Positions 25,588-47,263 of a stretch of 64,000 nucleotides of DNA are shown piece after piece (the first letter of the stretch is position 1; the number at the start of each line of letters is the position of its first letter). Source of the stretch: Macrostomum lignano (taxonomy: Eukaryota); NCBI GenBank assembly GCA_002269645.1, contig NIVC01003472.1, positions 1 through 64,000 of the forward strand, given 5' to 3'. Below the pieces are notes generated by a model. The model was not told the origin of the DNA and searched no databases. It saw only the letters and a list, made by a program, of their open reading frames with translations. The position numbers and the translations under genes are program-made.

Positions 25588-26915
25588 AACAGGCTTTGCT
25601 ACTTTAGTTAATCAAGTCTCATTTGAATTGTCATAAAAAAACAATTTTTGCCTCGTGTTATGTTTTAAATGGCTCATTCGACGCCGGTGTAAATGAACGG
25701 TTGAAAAAACTTGGCACAAACCTATTGGGGAAGACGGGCGGTCTGCTCGTGTAGTTGGCACCAGCATGGGCGTCTTTGATCATCAAATCGGAAAAGTCGA
25801 TCAATCCGCTGCCGCAGTCGCTGGCTGAGGCGGCAAATTCCACAGATAATAGCCGGTTGCGTTCGGTTTGACTTGAAACGTGAACTGCACTAAGAATGCC
25901 TGGCCAGGCAGGTGGGGAGTCGATAGCGCGCTTCCATTTTCTGCATTTGCGATCAGTTTAAGATCAAAATTTGACAGTTCAAGCGACGAGTCATTCTGAA
26001 AATAAATCTGACATTATTTGACTTTTGTATTGTCAGGCCAGTATACACACTTTTTGAGGTTATGGAACTCATTGGCGAGTAATCCTGTGACGAGACGTAC
26101 ATCTAATCTAAACAACCTCGGACTAAGAACAACATAGAAATTTCAAAAAGTCAATAGAATCGCACGCCTCACCGCTGCGCTCACGAAAGCAGTCCTTAAA
26201 GCCAGCGGTAGGATGGCAACTAGCGACAAGAACTTCATTCCGCTGCGTTGTCTACAAGAGCTTTGAGAGAATTTTCCTGTCAAAAAATGAGTAACTGCAA
26301 CCGATTCTTTTATTAATTTCATGCTGCTATAGGCAACGCCTCGAAAAACACATCGGAACAACACAAACGCAGCCCCCATCGTTGGATTAAATTCTGCAGA
26401 GGAAAGAGCCTATTGAAAATCAATCGTCATTTAGTAAAAAAATTAATCAACTCAATTTTGATATTCTTGTTATTAATACAATGTAAAATCTCGTTACATA
26501 TGCCGGTTTTGATCATGAAAAATAGGATTAATTTTTATAATCTTCTTTTATCTACAGTGTTTTGTGCTTTCCGAGTAACTACTATCAATCCAGCTTTCTG
26601 TATCATATTTGCTGGTGAAAAAATCTGCACCCAATAGGGAGTCTAACCGTGCGGAGGCTCCCCATCTTCATTAATAATCCGTCGCTCTCAAGTCGACAGT
26701 AAAAATAAAATTGGTACCAAAATCCGCGGCTCTGTACAAGCAAAGTTCTCTTTCCTAACTAATCCTTGCATATCTTCCCAGCCAATGGGAGACGGCCCTT
26801 CTAAGTTAATTCGCAGCTCCTCCGACGTGATTTCAGCTGGCGCTGTTTCTTAGAAGTTTCGTCACTTAACATGCTTGGCCAACAAAAAACCGCAGGACTA
26901 GACACAGCTTTCAGG

Positions 26916-36092
<9,177 letters not shown>

Positions 36093-36424
36093 CTACACAC
36101 AGGTTTACTGAGTTCAAGACTTACTCCGGATAACTCAGATAACGGATAACTATGTTAGGAAGACTCTCTCTACACTCTACCTTCTCTGTAACTATACAGA
36201 CTTAAGTGTCTTAACATTAGTAATAGCATTGCATACTGGAATATATATTATCCCCAGACCTTCACCCAGACACAATAACAATTAGTTTTGGTCATTATTT
36301 CCCTATTGCTTCCCAATGTACATTTACATCGTGTGTACGAATTTCATCACGTGACTGCTTTATATTGTCTTTATCATCTATCCACCCTCTTTCTCTTTCC
36401 ACTAGTGTGAAAAAGTGTGGATTT

Positions 36425-36725
36425 ATACTAATAATAATTGATTACACCAGCCCTAATGGGTAGATGTGCAACCGACAGATCAGCCGCAGCTATTGCGCGG
36501 CGCATCTGAAGCTGCGTACGGCTGTTCAGTCCAATGACTTGAGGGTCGCCACACACCCTCAGCTACCACATCTAATGCTGGCACCCATTTTACAGATTGG
36601 TGAACTGAAGCAATGCAGAGTGAAGTGACTTGCTCAAGGACCCAAATTGTTCCGAGTGGGATCGGGAATCGAACCCCTGGCTTTCAAGTCGTGAGTTCGA
36701 CGCTCTAACCACTAGGCTACAAACC
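36425..36725 (-). mobile_element. tRNA/CORE-type SINE, family B copy
   Basis: Reverse-complement similarity to 34488-34805 along its whole length. Confidence 0.8.
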
Positions 36726-37424
36726 CCTCTGGAAAAATGGTAGACTTTAGTATATCGAGCTCAGTAACGAAGGTAAGAAGGGTTGGATAGATAATAAAGT
36801 TGGGAAAGTATAGTCAACGCAATGGACTTTGTACATTGTGAAGTAACTGTGGAATAATAGCGAAAACGAATTGCTATTGTGTCGTAGGAGAAAGTATATA
36901 TACGCAATTAAATGTGTGCTGGACAAAATGCATATACAATGCATATTTTAGTACAAGTATGTACGAAATTATGTTATTGTTCCACCAAAAATAGATTGAA
37001 CACATAATAGCTATTCAAGTTTAATTGGGCTTTTGCCTATTTAAAATAATATGTATTAAGATTAAAGACGAAAAACCTGATGACAGCTCTAAAACATTTA
37101 ATATAAGTGCTTGAGACCTTGATTTATATTGGGCTATAATCTCAAATTGGATTCTAACTTGGGCCCAGTGTTGCATTGGAAAAAAGATTAATTGAACAGT
37201 TATGGTCGACTTTTCGTGTGGTACCGACTAACAATAATTATGGTAAAGAATAAAAACTGAATAAAATGGTTCAATAATTGATTTAAACCTAAAGTCAATT
37301 TTAGGTGCATTAGTGGGGTTAGGCTTATCTTCAACATGCATTTAGAATACCAATTTTTAAATCGGTCATGATCAAGACTAATTCAAAACACCGCTAGTGC
37401 AGAAAGATGTACTCGGCCTTGAAA

Positions 37425-39514
37425 TCAGTAACCTGTTGGTTCCGAATCTTCAGCCGTCTGAGCCGTTGTCCCATCGTGCGAGTGTCCGTGATGTCCGTCG
37501 AGAAAATCGGAGCACCGGTTCTGCAGTGCGGCGCCTCCGGTATCCATGCTCTCGCAGTGGGCCAGACGCTTCAGCATGATGGTGATGGCGGCAAGGATGC
37601 AGAGTGACAACAGCGCTAGGCCGCACTGGATTAGGAAGAAACCGGAGAAGTTCAGGCGATCGATGACCAGACCGGAGAATAGCGGCGCGGTGAGCATGCC
37701 CAGACCGGCTCCCAAGCGGCTCATCGGGAAGGCCACGGAGCCGTCGAGGTTCATGACTTCCTCGGCGGTGGCGTACACCATGGTGTTCCCCGTGCCGATT
37801 GACAGGCCGGACACGAAGCCGAGCACGTACTGGAGCCCCTGCACCTGGCGGGTGAAGAACCACAAAAACAGAGTCAGCGCCAGGGTGGCCGAACCGCCCA
37901 GGTACACCAGGATGAGCTTGCCGCGGATATGGTCACCAAGCAGCATGCCGGTGACGTACATCAACGACTCGCCGACTGTGTAGCAAAGCTGCACTTTAGT
38001 TGCCTTCGTCTTGATCAGCACAGCCCAGTCGGAATCGCCTGCCGGCGTGGTGTTGTTATCAACAGAGCTGAACTTGGGCGTCGAACGGGATATCGAGTCG
38101 TATTCGAAGTCGTACAGGTTCATAGCCAAGCTGTACATCACCATGTTATGCACTGTGCGCTGCAGAATCCACAGAGCAATCGGGGGTCGTTCGCGAATTT
38201 CCTTCAGAGTACAGAAGCCGATAGTTCGCTTTTTCTGCTGCTGCTCCGGCTTCAGCTCATGCCGTTCGGACGGTCTGGCGCCGTCGCTGCTGGCGCTCTC
38301 GGAGGCAGCCTGCTTGTCCAGATCGTCGTAGTCAAGCCGCTTCGGCTCGTAGACAAATCCGGCTACGAGCATCTCGATTAAGAACACGACGCCCATGAAT
38401 CGAAAGGCGTTCCGCCAGCCGTCCTCTCGGATCCAGTAGGCGTAGATCGGGCAGAAGATAATGGCTCCGAATGGCCCGCCGGACACCAGCGTGGTGGCCA
38501 GCACGTGGAATCGATGATTCCTATCGAAGTACTCGCCAACAATCAGCGCCGCCGAAGTCATGGCCAGAGCGGAGCCGACTCCGTGGATGACGGTGTGTGT
38601 GAGGAACATCCAGCCAGGGCTTGGCATGTAGGACGACGCCAGACAGCTGATGAAGATCAGAACTCCGGCGATAGTCGAGGCCAGGCCGTAGTGACGGCCG
38701 TAAGTCAGCAGCGCGGTGGCCACGAAGGGCATCAGGAAGAAGCCGGTCGCTGCGTAGCTGTCGCCTGGCAAATGAAATCGAAATCCGATGTTCTCTCATT
38801 CAAATTACTCTATAGTAGACACCATTGCATTGAACCCTGGGTGTACACGCACATGGATACGTCAGAAGGTGTACATGTCGGTACTCCCGGACCACTGCCG
38901 GCTAGAGAACTGATCAACTGATTAATAGTCCTAGTCCTATTTCAAAAAGCACGCGAAGACGGCAATAACTCGTAGTTTTGCGTTTGTTCTGTCGTGAATT
39001 TACAAGTATATCGTGTTTTTATTTCTGTACGAGCTACTACTGAAGAACGCAATGAATCACACTGTCAACTTAATTGCAGTGTTTCTAACTGGATTTTCTT
39101 AGAAATGAACTGGGGGCCTAGCGACGATTTTTCCTGACCGAATTTGTCTATGGCCAAACTCCAATCAGCGCTATGCGTTCTCTGACCTTCTCGGACCTCT
39201 GACCGGATTCCGGTCTTTGCTTGTCAGTTGTCATTCCTCAATGCATGAGAAATTTGACATTTAAAAGCCACAAACCAGAAAGATATATTTGAGCTCAGCT
39301 CACCGATCATGTTCAGCTCCAGTTTAGTACTATTGAACTGTTCGTGCAGCTCGCCTAGAAAGATGGAAAAGCAGCGCCTTTTGCCGCCAACAAGAATGAC
39401 GCTGGCGGCAGCGAACGCTAGGATGAACAGGTGGCGGTACCTGAAGAAGATCGACTCGCACCATTGGAAGCAGCTTCTGGCCTTGTCCGCGGCCGTTGAA
39501 ACTCCCTGCTGCAT
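37425..39514 (-). CDS. MFS transporter, SLC16/monocarboxylate transporter-like; exons 39514-39304 and 38764-37425
   Basis: About 12 TM helices. Motifs CFSIFLGEL, HGVGSALA, IVGEYFDRNHRFHVLA, G-x-x-T-A-P-L-F-S-G-L-V-I-D. Phase-1 intron G|GTGAG...TTTGCCAG. Confidence 0.85.
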
Positions 39515-40030
39515 TATTGCTGAAGACTTTCGAATAGCTCGACTGTAGCCTGTTCGAACTCTCTGAAATGTGCAACCAGTCGCTCTCTCGCCTCCCGCAT
39601 GGGGATTGCGCCCTCTATTTTGGAGTGGCGTCTGTTTTAAATAGCGGTAGCGAACGATAAATTGCAGGCTTACACCATTGGCTTGCATGATGAGTGAGAG
39701 AGCCTACTGCAGTAATAACCGGATGCTGGTTCAGTTCTCTCCCATGCTTTGAAAATATTCTGCCGCTAGCTTCAATCTATTCCGCTATTTCGAGCAATTA
39801 TTTTGTTTAAAACGTCGAGCGGATCTATACACGATCGAGATCCGGTCGCAACTGGATGGGTGATCTAAGATGAATCATACGGGATGGAATTTTAGGAGTT
39901 TCACTGGCCAGCTCAAAAGGATTGTGTTGCATCTGCACAGTTGGTTTATCTCATTAACCATTCTTTCATCAGCAATGTGCAATTAAGACGGACCTGCGTG
40001 GAAGGGTGCAGCTTGAAATTCCCAGCTTTC

Positions 40031-40815
40031 AGCTTTATTGGCTTTATTTTCTATGGCCGAAAGCAGTTCTGTGGCAGTGTGGCTTTGATTGGCTTTATTT
40101 TCTATGGCCGAGTGCAGTTCTGTGGCTGTGGCTTTGATTGGCTTTATTGTATATGGCCAAATTCAGTTCTGTGGCTGTGGCTTTGATTGGCTTTATTGTC
40201 TATGGCCAAATGCAGTTCTGTGGCTGTGGCTTTGATTGGCTTTATTGTCTATGGCCAAATGCAGTTCTGTGGCTGTGGCTTTGATTGGCTTTATTGTCTA
40301 TGGCCAAATGCAGTTCTGTGGCTGTGGCTTTGATTGGCTTTATTGTCTATGGCCAAATGCAGTTCTGTGGCTGTGGCTTTGATTGGCTTTATTGTCTATG
40401 GCCAAATGCAGTTCTGTGGCAGTGGCTTTGATTGGCTTTATTGTCTATGGCCAAATGCAGTTCTGTGGCTGTGGCTTTGATTGGCTTTATTGTCTATGGC
40501 CAAATGCAGTTCTGTGGCAGTGGCTTTGATTGGCTTTATTGTCTATGGCCAAATGCAGTTCTGTGGCAGTGGCTTTGATTGGCTTTATTGTCTATGGCCA
40601 AATGCAGTTCTGTGGCTGTGGCTTTGATTGGCTTTATTGTCTATGGCCAAATGCAGTTCTGTGGCTGTGGCTTTGATTGGCTTTATTGTCTATGGCCGAG
40701 TGCAGTTCTGTGGCAGTGGCTTTGATTGGCTTTATTGTCTATGGCCAAATGCAGTTCTGTGGCTGTGGCTTTGATTGGCTTTATTGTCTATGGCCGAGTG
40801 CAGTTCTGTGGCTGT
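40031..40815. repeat. 49-bp minisatellite (GGCTTTGATTGGCTTTATTGTCTATGGCCAAATGCAGTTCTGTGGCTGT), about 16 copies
   Basis: Directly visible. Confidence 0.95.
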
Positions 40816-41671
40816 GGATGATGCTGCAGCGAATTTTGGACTTTCCGCCTGATCGGTACTAATTCACTGAAAAAGAATCACAGCAACATTCAGAAACCGT
40901 TAAAATCGAACTTTCATATACTGCATTTTCGATTCTACGGTATAAACTGATTTTTAAAATCTCTTGTCCATAGCGTTACAAAATATCAATTGGGTTTCAT
41001 CACAGACAAGCACAGTCATAATCTCCTTGGTTCGTTCTCAATGACAACTGGGAATTAGCTGTCTGGGTTGGGGTGCATTTTGGAGAAGGATTGGCCATAG
41101 ACAATGATTAGCCGTTAAGATCGCGATCGTACTTTTTTGCCGTGATTGGGCTGAATTATTATATCAAATATCCATTCGATTCAACTATAAGGACAACTCC
41201 CTATGCGTGGTGTCACAGACTACCTTCTTTCGAGTTTACCGTGAAACACTTCACTATACTAGGTTCGATCGATTTATCGATTTTTAGTTTTGTGAAACAC
41301 CTGCGCTCATGCGTGCCTAAGCTGGAACTTTCAAGATCAAACTTCGCTTTGTGAAACACCCATCCCCTGGTAGCCATCAAAGCTAGTGATCCTTTAAGTG
41401 TCGTAATTTTTTTAAATATAGCCAATGAAACAAATGCAATTGAATCTAATATTGGTTTTGCATTTTTTCCCAGTCACAACTAATCCCATCGGAAGTCTCC
41501 CATCTGGCGGAGTGGATGGAAGTGATGAATTTTATAGGAACTGTTTGCTTTATATTAGACGGCAGGCACTGGGGAATTGGCAATCGCTGACATATGTGAA
41601 ATAGGATGTTGTGAGTCATTTGAGTTGGATAAAAAACCCAGCAAAACAGCTGCTATCGCGCATCAACAGTC

Positions 41672-43445
41672 TTAGCATGCGTCAAAACCGTGACAGAATT
41701 TCTTAGTTAGCATGCCGTTATAGTTGACGATGCACCAAGGAGCGTTATGCTCGCCAATGGGCGGGTTGTAGTACTTCCAGTAGAAACAGTAGTTGTGCTC
41801 GATAGGGGTGCTGGTGGCCAAATTCCACAGCTCACAGGGCGCAGTTTTGGTCCGGTTGAATCGACTGAAGAAGAACCAGTCTGGAGAGTCCGGGTTGTAG
41901 CAGTCTGCAAAGATTGCCCCAAGAGGTTCAGCAAGGACTACTAAGTAAACTAGAAGGATTCAACACTCGAAATCTATGGAAACAATGTTTTGAAGGCCAA
42001 TTTTTGTAGGAAAAAACACAGTACGGAGATAGGAAGTTTTCATTTTCAGCACAAATATTGTTATTGCTTTCGATAGGAGGCAGATCCAGTGTTCTTCTTT
42101 TGATTTGTTGTGCCTTTCTTATTGCTCTATTGATATTCATAATCGAAAGCAATCAAATCCTATCCTATCGAAATCCTATCGAAAGCAATAACAATTTTTG
42201 TGCTGAAAAGTAAAAACTCTCTATTTCCGTTGTGTATTTTTCGGTGAAAAGTGGCCTTCAAAACATTTTCCATGAAATGCGAATGTCGCGTCCTGTATAT
42301 ACGTTGCTTTAGTTGTCCTTGAGGTTTAGCTTGCTGGCTAGTTAGTTCTGCATGGGGGGGGGGGGCACAGCCGACCAACAGCCTGCAAAAAGGCAAGCAT
42401 AGATGCCTATTATTACACTTCTATGCATATCTTGAATGTAGTCTCCAGCCTGTGGCTTAATTAATGTGTTCTCCATCGGCAATTATATTCCTTTCATCCT
42501 TGGTTGCTCAACTTCTTTCAGTTTTATCTGTTTGGCAAGTCGACTTCTTTTGCACTATAAATAGAGCAAGACAAAATAGATATATAGCTTATCTATAAGG
42601 ATTCTTTGTATACAGGGATGTTTGCGGTCTGGGGGATGCTTGCGCTCTGGGTGATGCTTGCAGTCTGGGGGATGCTTGTGGTCTGGGGGATGCTTGCGGT
42701 CTGGGGGATGCTTGCGATCTGGGAGATGCTTGCGGTCTGGGGCCGGATGCTTGCTATCTGGGGAATGCTTGCATGCTGTCTGGGAGATGCTTGCATGCTG
42801 TCTGGGTGATGCTTGCATGCTGTCTGGGTGATGCTTGCTGTCTTAGGATGTTTTCTTTTTAGAGGGAATGTCTTTTGTTTTGTCGTTGTCTATTTGTTAC
42901 TTGTAAAGAACAAAGATTCTATCCAGAATTCCCCCATTGGGGGGCGAAGATTGCTAGTAGATATATAAATCTTCACATGAGGGGTCGTGTGCACCCTGGC
43001 GCACAGCCGATTCTGCCCACTCCGCAGACTCCTGAGCACACACAAGCGCGTCAAATACTGCACGCAGGCACAGCACTCACACACACGCTCACACAGGGTG
43101 TACACAACAGCCCTGACTTTCTAACCTCATGCCTGAGTCCTGAGAATCGTACGACAAGCCCCCCCCACTGGTCAATGAATGTGAATTCTTTAGAATAATA
43201 AAAATAACCAAATCATTCTTACATTGCGAACTGATATAGCAGGACTGGTTTCTTTCCGGGCAATTGTGCAGCAAAATGCCGCCGCCGAATTCCAGAAATT
43301 TATCCGAGTTTCTCAGCGCGTAGAGGTGCTCTGGCTTTCTGTGCGGGTCGCCAGGATTTGAATGGGAGCCGATAGAGCAGATGTGGAATGCTACTAGAAC
43401 TGCTACGGAGACCAGCAGGTGGATTCTTAGGCTTGAATTGGTCAT
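41672..43445 (-). CDS. Small secreted kringle-domain protein; exons 43445-43223 and 41904-41672; about 151 aa
   Basis: Exon 1 encodes a signal peptide (MTNSSLRIHLLVSVAVLVAF) and ends T|GTAAG, phase 1. Exon 2, after a TTTGCAG acceptor (phase 1), reads CYNPDSPDWFFFSRFNRTKTAPCELWNLATSTPIEHNYCFYWKYYNPPIGEHNAPWCIVNYNGMLTKKFCHGFDAC*. It has six Cys in kringle order with C-x-x-W, NYC and PWC. Confidence 0.8.
42615..42840. repeat. ~18-19-bp minisatellite GATGCTTGCGGTCTGGGG
   Basis: Directly visible. Confidence 0.85.
42980..43190 (-). mobile_element. Degenerate SINE family A copy in the kringle-gene intron
   Basis: GTGTGCACCCTGGCGCAC...CACACAAGCGCG...GTGTACA...CCCTGACTTTCTAA resembles 7757-7915. Confidence 0.65.
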
Positions 43446-43589
43446 AGTTTGATTGACATATAAATGTTTTGACGTCTTTAACACGTTCAGATTTCAAGTC
43501 GAGATCATGCACTCCTTTCTACAAGGGTACACTGTAAGTAAGTGTTATACTCGTAATGCAATTCATAAACCCCCGAGGCCATAGACACT

Positions 43590-43765
43590 GAACTGCTCAA
43601 GGTTAGAGCGTCAGATTCACAACTGAAGGTCGGGGGTTTGATTCTCGATCTACTCGGAAAATTTTGAGTCCTTGAGCAAGACACTTCAATCTGCATTGCT
43701 TCAGTTATTGCTTCAGTTCACCCAAGATGGATAGATAGATAGATAGATAGATAGATAGTAGATAG
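43590..43765 (+). mobile_element. Truncated family B SINE (head plus CORE) ending in (GATA)n
   Basis: GGTTAGAGCGTCAGATTCAC...GTCCTTGAGCAAGACACTTCAATCTGCATTGCTTCAGTT. Confidence 0.7.
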
Positions 43766-44357
43766 CGAGAAAGAGCGAGCGAAGCGAGCTCTTTCGAGCT
43801 TGCTTGCCGCAGCCAATCAAGCTGAAAGCACGCACACAAGATCACCGGAAACGATTAAGGCAGCTGGAAAGCCAATGGGCGCGGTAAGCGCTTTTATCCA
43901 GAGGAACTACCTGCTGGAACCAGCTATGCCGAACGAAAATCAGACTACTCAAGTAGTGCAAAAGAGTACGTGCAACTACCGAGAAATCAAATTTTCGTAA
44001 CCGCTCCGTCTGTGCGACTGTGCGACCCTCTCATTATAAAAGTCTTCATTCATCTGTTCTTGGAATTAGCCTCGAGTTAATTACAAAGCGCCAAAGCTCT
44101 CTTTTCGAAATTACCTTCCTTGCTTGCTTGCTTCAACTGTCGAGCAATGATGAAGCCGACGGATTTTGAGAAGCTAGAAAAAATCAAAGATATGAGAGTT
44201 TTTCTGGTTTAAAGATGGCTTTAACGCGACGCGTAAAAGCATCTCAAAAGTTCACACAAATCAGTTTTTGTCTTGCAAGCTATTTTTAGTCGGTTTATTT
44301 TGAAGTTCCATGTAGAATCACATTTAGTTTGAAAAGCTGAGTTTCTCTGGATTCACA

Positions 44358-44797
44358 ACCCCGTGATAACCTGATTCACAACTGTGATAATTGATTCACA
44401 ACTATGTTAACTTGATTCACAACTGTGATAACCTAGCCTGATTCACAACTGTGATAACCTGATTCACAACTGTGATAACCTGATTCACAACTGTGATAAC
44501 CTGATTCACAACTGTGATAACCTGATTCACAACTGTGATAACCTGATTCACAACTGTGATAACCTAGCCTGATTCACAACTGTGATAACCTGATTCACAA
44601 CTGTGATAACCTGATTCACAACTGTGATAACCTAGCCTGATTCACAACTGTGATAACCTGATTCACAACTGTGATAACCTGATTCACAACATTGATAAAC
44701 TGATTCACAACCGCCATAACCTGATTCACAACTGTGATAACCTGATTCATAACTGTGATAACCTGATTCACAACCTTGATAAACTGATTCACAACTG
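44358..44797. repeat. 21-bp minisatellite CTGATTCACAACTGTGATAAC, about 20 copies
   Basis: Directly visible. Confidence 0.95.
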
Positions 44798-45126
44798 TCC
44801 TTTATCATACACCTTAGCAGCATTTTTTAATTCAAAAAAAGTGAAATTTTGCATCTAAGAGCTCAGAAAAGCGCATCCACTATGAGTATGTATTTCATAT
44901 CGAAAAAGTTATGCTTGCAAATTTTTTGCACTGGATATTTGCGACTGCTTGTGACTCCGGATTTTCATCTTTCAAGGCCGCCGCTAATGGCAGGACAAAT
45001 TAGGAAAAGAGTAAAGCAACTCGATCAAAAATCCGATCACGATGTGATTAAATTAAGATAATATTAGTGCAAATATTATGATACTCTGTAAGCAATAGTA
45101 TTGTTGCAAACAAATCCTCGGGAATG

Positions 45127-47263
45127 CTATTGTCCGTTTTGATCTGCAGCTGACTTTGTGGCATCCGCAGCGGTCGCTGCCTCAGCCTCGGCCTCTTCCC
45201 GTTCCAAGTCGTCCCAGTTCTGCGCTTCGCACTGATAGTTCAGCAGCGGATAGGCCTTCACCAACAGGGCGAGGCAGACCGCCATTATGCCGGCCAGCAG
45301 GATGAACACCAGCCACGGCAGGACGTGGAGTCCACCGCCAAGCAGTGGGCCGCCGAGCAGGGCCACGCACATAACAGTGCGAAACACGCCCTGAGCCATG
45401 TCGGTCTCGCTGTCAGGGACTGCTTTAGTGTACATGCTCTCCGGCAGGGCCGAGGTAGCCGTCAGGCCGAGCACCTGGATGCTGGTGCTAATGATGATCA
45501 GCGTGATGTAGACAGCCGGCTTCCTAGTGTCCACGTACACAAGCAGAGCAAAGTTGAAGAAATATGCGCCCAGCAACAGGCAGATGGCTAGCAGCAGCAG
45601 GTATCGCTCCTGCTGACGGGCCAGGAAGAGTCGGAACGCGACGTAGATCAGCACGATCTCAATTCCGCAGCCAAGGTACACCAGGCTAATGTTGAACTCG
45701 TCCCAGTGGAACAGGTGGCTCAGCAAGGGCGACAGCACGGACTCGAAGGCTAGCAGGCAAAAGTAGCCGGCAAAGGCGATGAAAATCATCGAGAATATGT
45801 CAATGCGAAAGTACATGCGCAACTTCTCAGGATCGGTGTACTTTCGCACCGAATGGCCCAGATCGTCGCAGATTGTTGTTGTCGATTCAGTTGTCGGCGT
45901 CTTGTCCGACTGCTCCGACGACTCCTCGGAAGTTTCGGGAGATTTTTCAACAGCCGATGCTTCAATGGAGTCGTGCGGGATGTCCGGGTATACCAGAATG
46001 ACCGCGATGGTGTGAATGGCCCACAGGAAGGCCATGAACAGCCCCGGCGAGTTGTACACATCGATGACAAACTGATTCACCTCGGCGTGAATCGGGTGCA
46101 TCAGCATCGTGAGCGCGGGGCCTGGTTGGATTATAAAGTGACGCCCAAAATTAGTTCCATAATCAATTTACAATGCAATAATGCTAATATTGTAACAAAA
46201 TTTCGGTGGGTATTATAGAATTTAACCATCAGAAACCGATTAAGGCGCGAGGCGAAGAGAAGGACTGTCGAGCGCTTTATATGTCCCCGTGTACTTTAAT
46301 TATTTGCTACTTGCCGCTATAGTGTTGAAGAAGCATGCAGTCGTCCAAGAGGGTTGAGCTCCTCGAGGCTGGAGAAAGCTGGGAAAGAGAGAAACGATCA
46401 CTTTGCTTGGCTTTTGCACTCCATGGCGCATAGACTAAAGGCCCGTTCTATAAAGCCATCGTAAGATAATATTGTTCTTATCTCCTATCTCCGCAGTGTA
46501 AAAGTTCCGACGTACGTTCAAACTTACGCTACGACAGCTTTATATTACGACCCCTAAGTCAAGATGCAGCCAAGGCCCCTCGCAGGCAGCGTATGGAGGA
46601 TTTTCAGTTTGTCTGTCAAAAGCCCTACTGGTCCCATATACCATTAAACGTAGCAAATTATAAATCACCTGCAATAATACCGAACTGCTTCACCAGCAGC
46701 AGGTGCACCATGAAGCTCGTTCGCTCTTTCTTGCTGGTGACGCGAACGACATCGGCGTACAGCGGCGGCTCGGCCGCGGACCCGGCGCCGGCGACGAATC
46801 GGCCGAAGAAGACAAGCCAAGGCGCCGGCGCAGTGAAGTAGATGAAGTTGCCGCAAATCTCTAACAGATTGGCCACGACTATCAGCAGGCGAACTCGAGC
46901 AAAGCGTCGCTGGGAGAGCCAACCGAACAGTGGGTTGCACAGCAGCGGGAGCAGGTTGAATCCGGCCAGCGTGGCTCCGTAGAACTGCGCTCCGGCCGAC
47001 GAGTGGAATTTGTTGAGATACAACCAGAGAGTCGGCAGGATGATCACCCTCTCGATGCCGGTGAGCAGGCCCCAGCTGCCACCGATGATGCCAACTCGAG
47101 TTTTGGCCGAGAGCGGGAACAGGCCGCGGAACCAGTCGCAGCATCGGCACCGACCTCTTGGACAGCACTTGTCGATGTCTTCATTCGATATTAGTGATGT
47201 GCTCTCCTTGCAGGCGGTGGCTGAAGTCACTGGCGGGTTCTGCTCTGCCGCCTGGTTTTCCAT
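45127..47263 (-). CDS. MFS transporter, MFSD8/CLN7-like; exons 47263-46669 and 46121-45127; about 529 aa
   Basis: IILPTLWLYL, PLFGWLSQRR, GNFIYF...FGRFVAGAG, TSKKERT, GIIAG|PAL, GPLLGG. About 12 TMs. Phase-1 GT-AG intron. Confidence 0.85.

Larger units (their letters stand above)
21960..26238 (-). pseudogene. Frameshifted multi-exon gene for a secreted beta-sandwich/Ig-like repeat protein. Exons 26238-26173, 25995-25722, 23765-23603, 23510-22921, ~22613-22432, ~22285-~21960
   Basis: The signal peptide MKFLSLVAILPLALRTAFVSAA is followed by a GTGAGG donor, and splice phases agree across exons 1-4. Recurring beta-rich motifs: PGQAFLVQFTFQV, GSRVYATLTVTVP, VVLDNASSAEMLNSALFFHFP. Exon 2 is 274 nt where its phases require a length of 3n+2, so it is frameshifted near 25850. 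Further shifts appear near 22592 and in the last exon. Confidence 0.55.
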
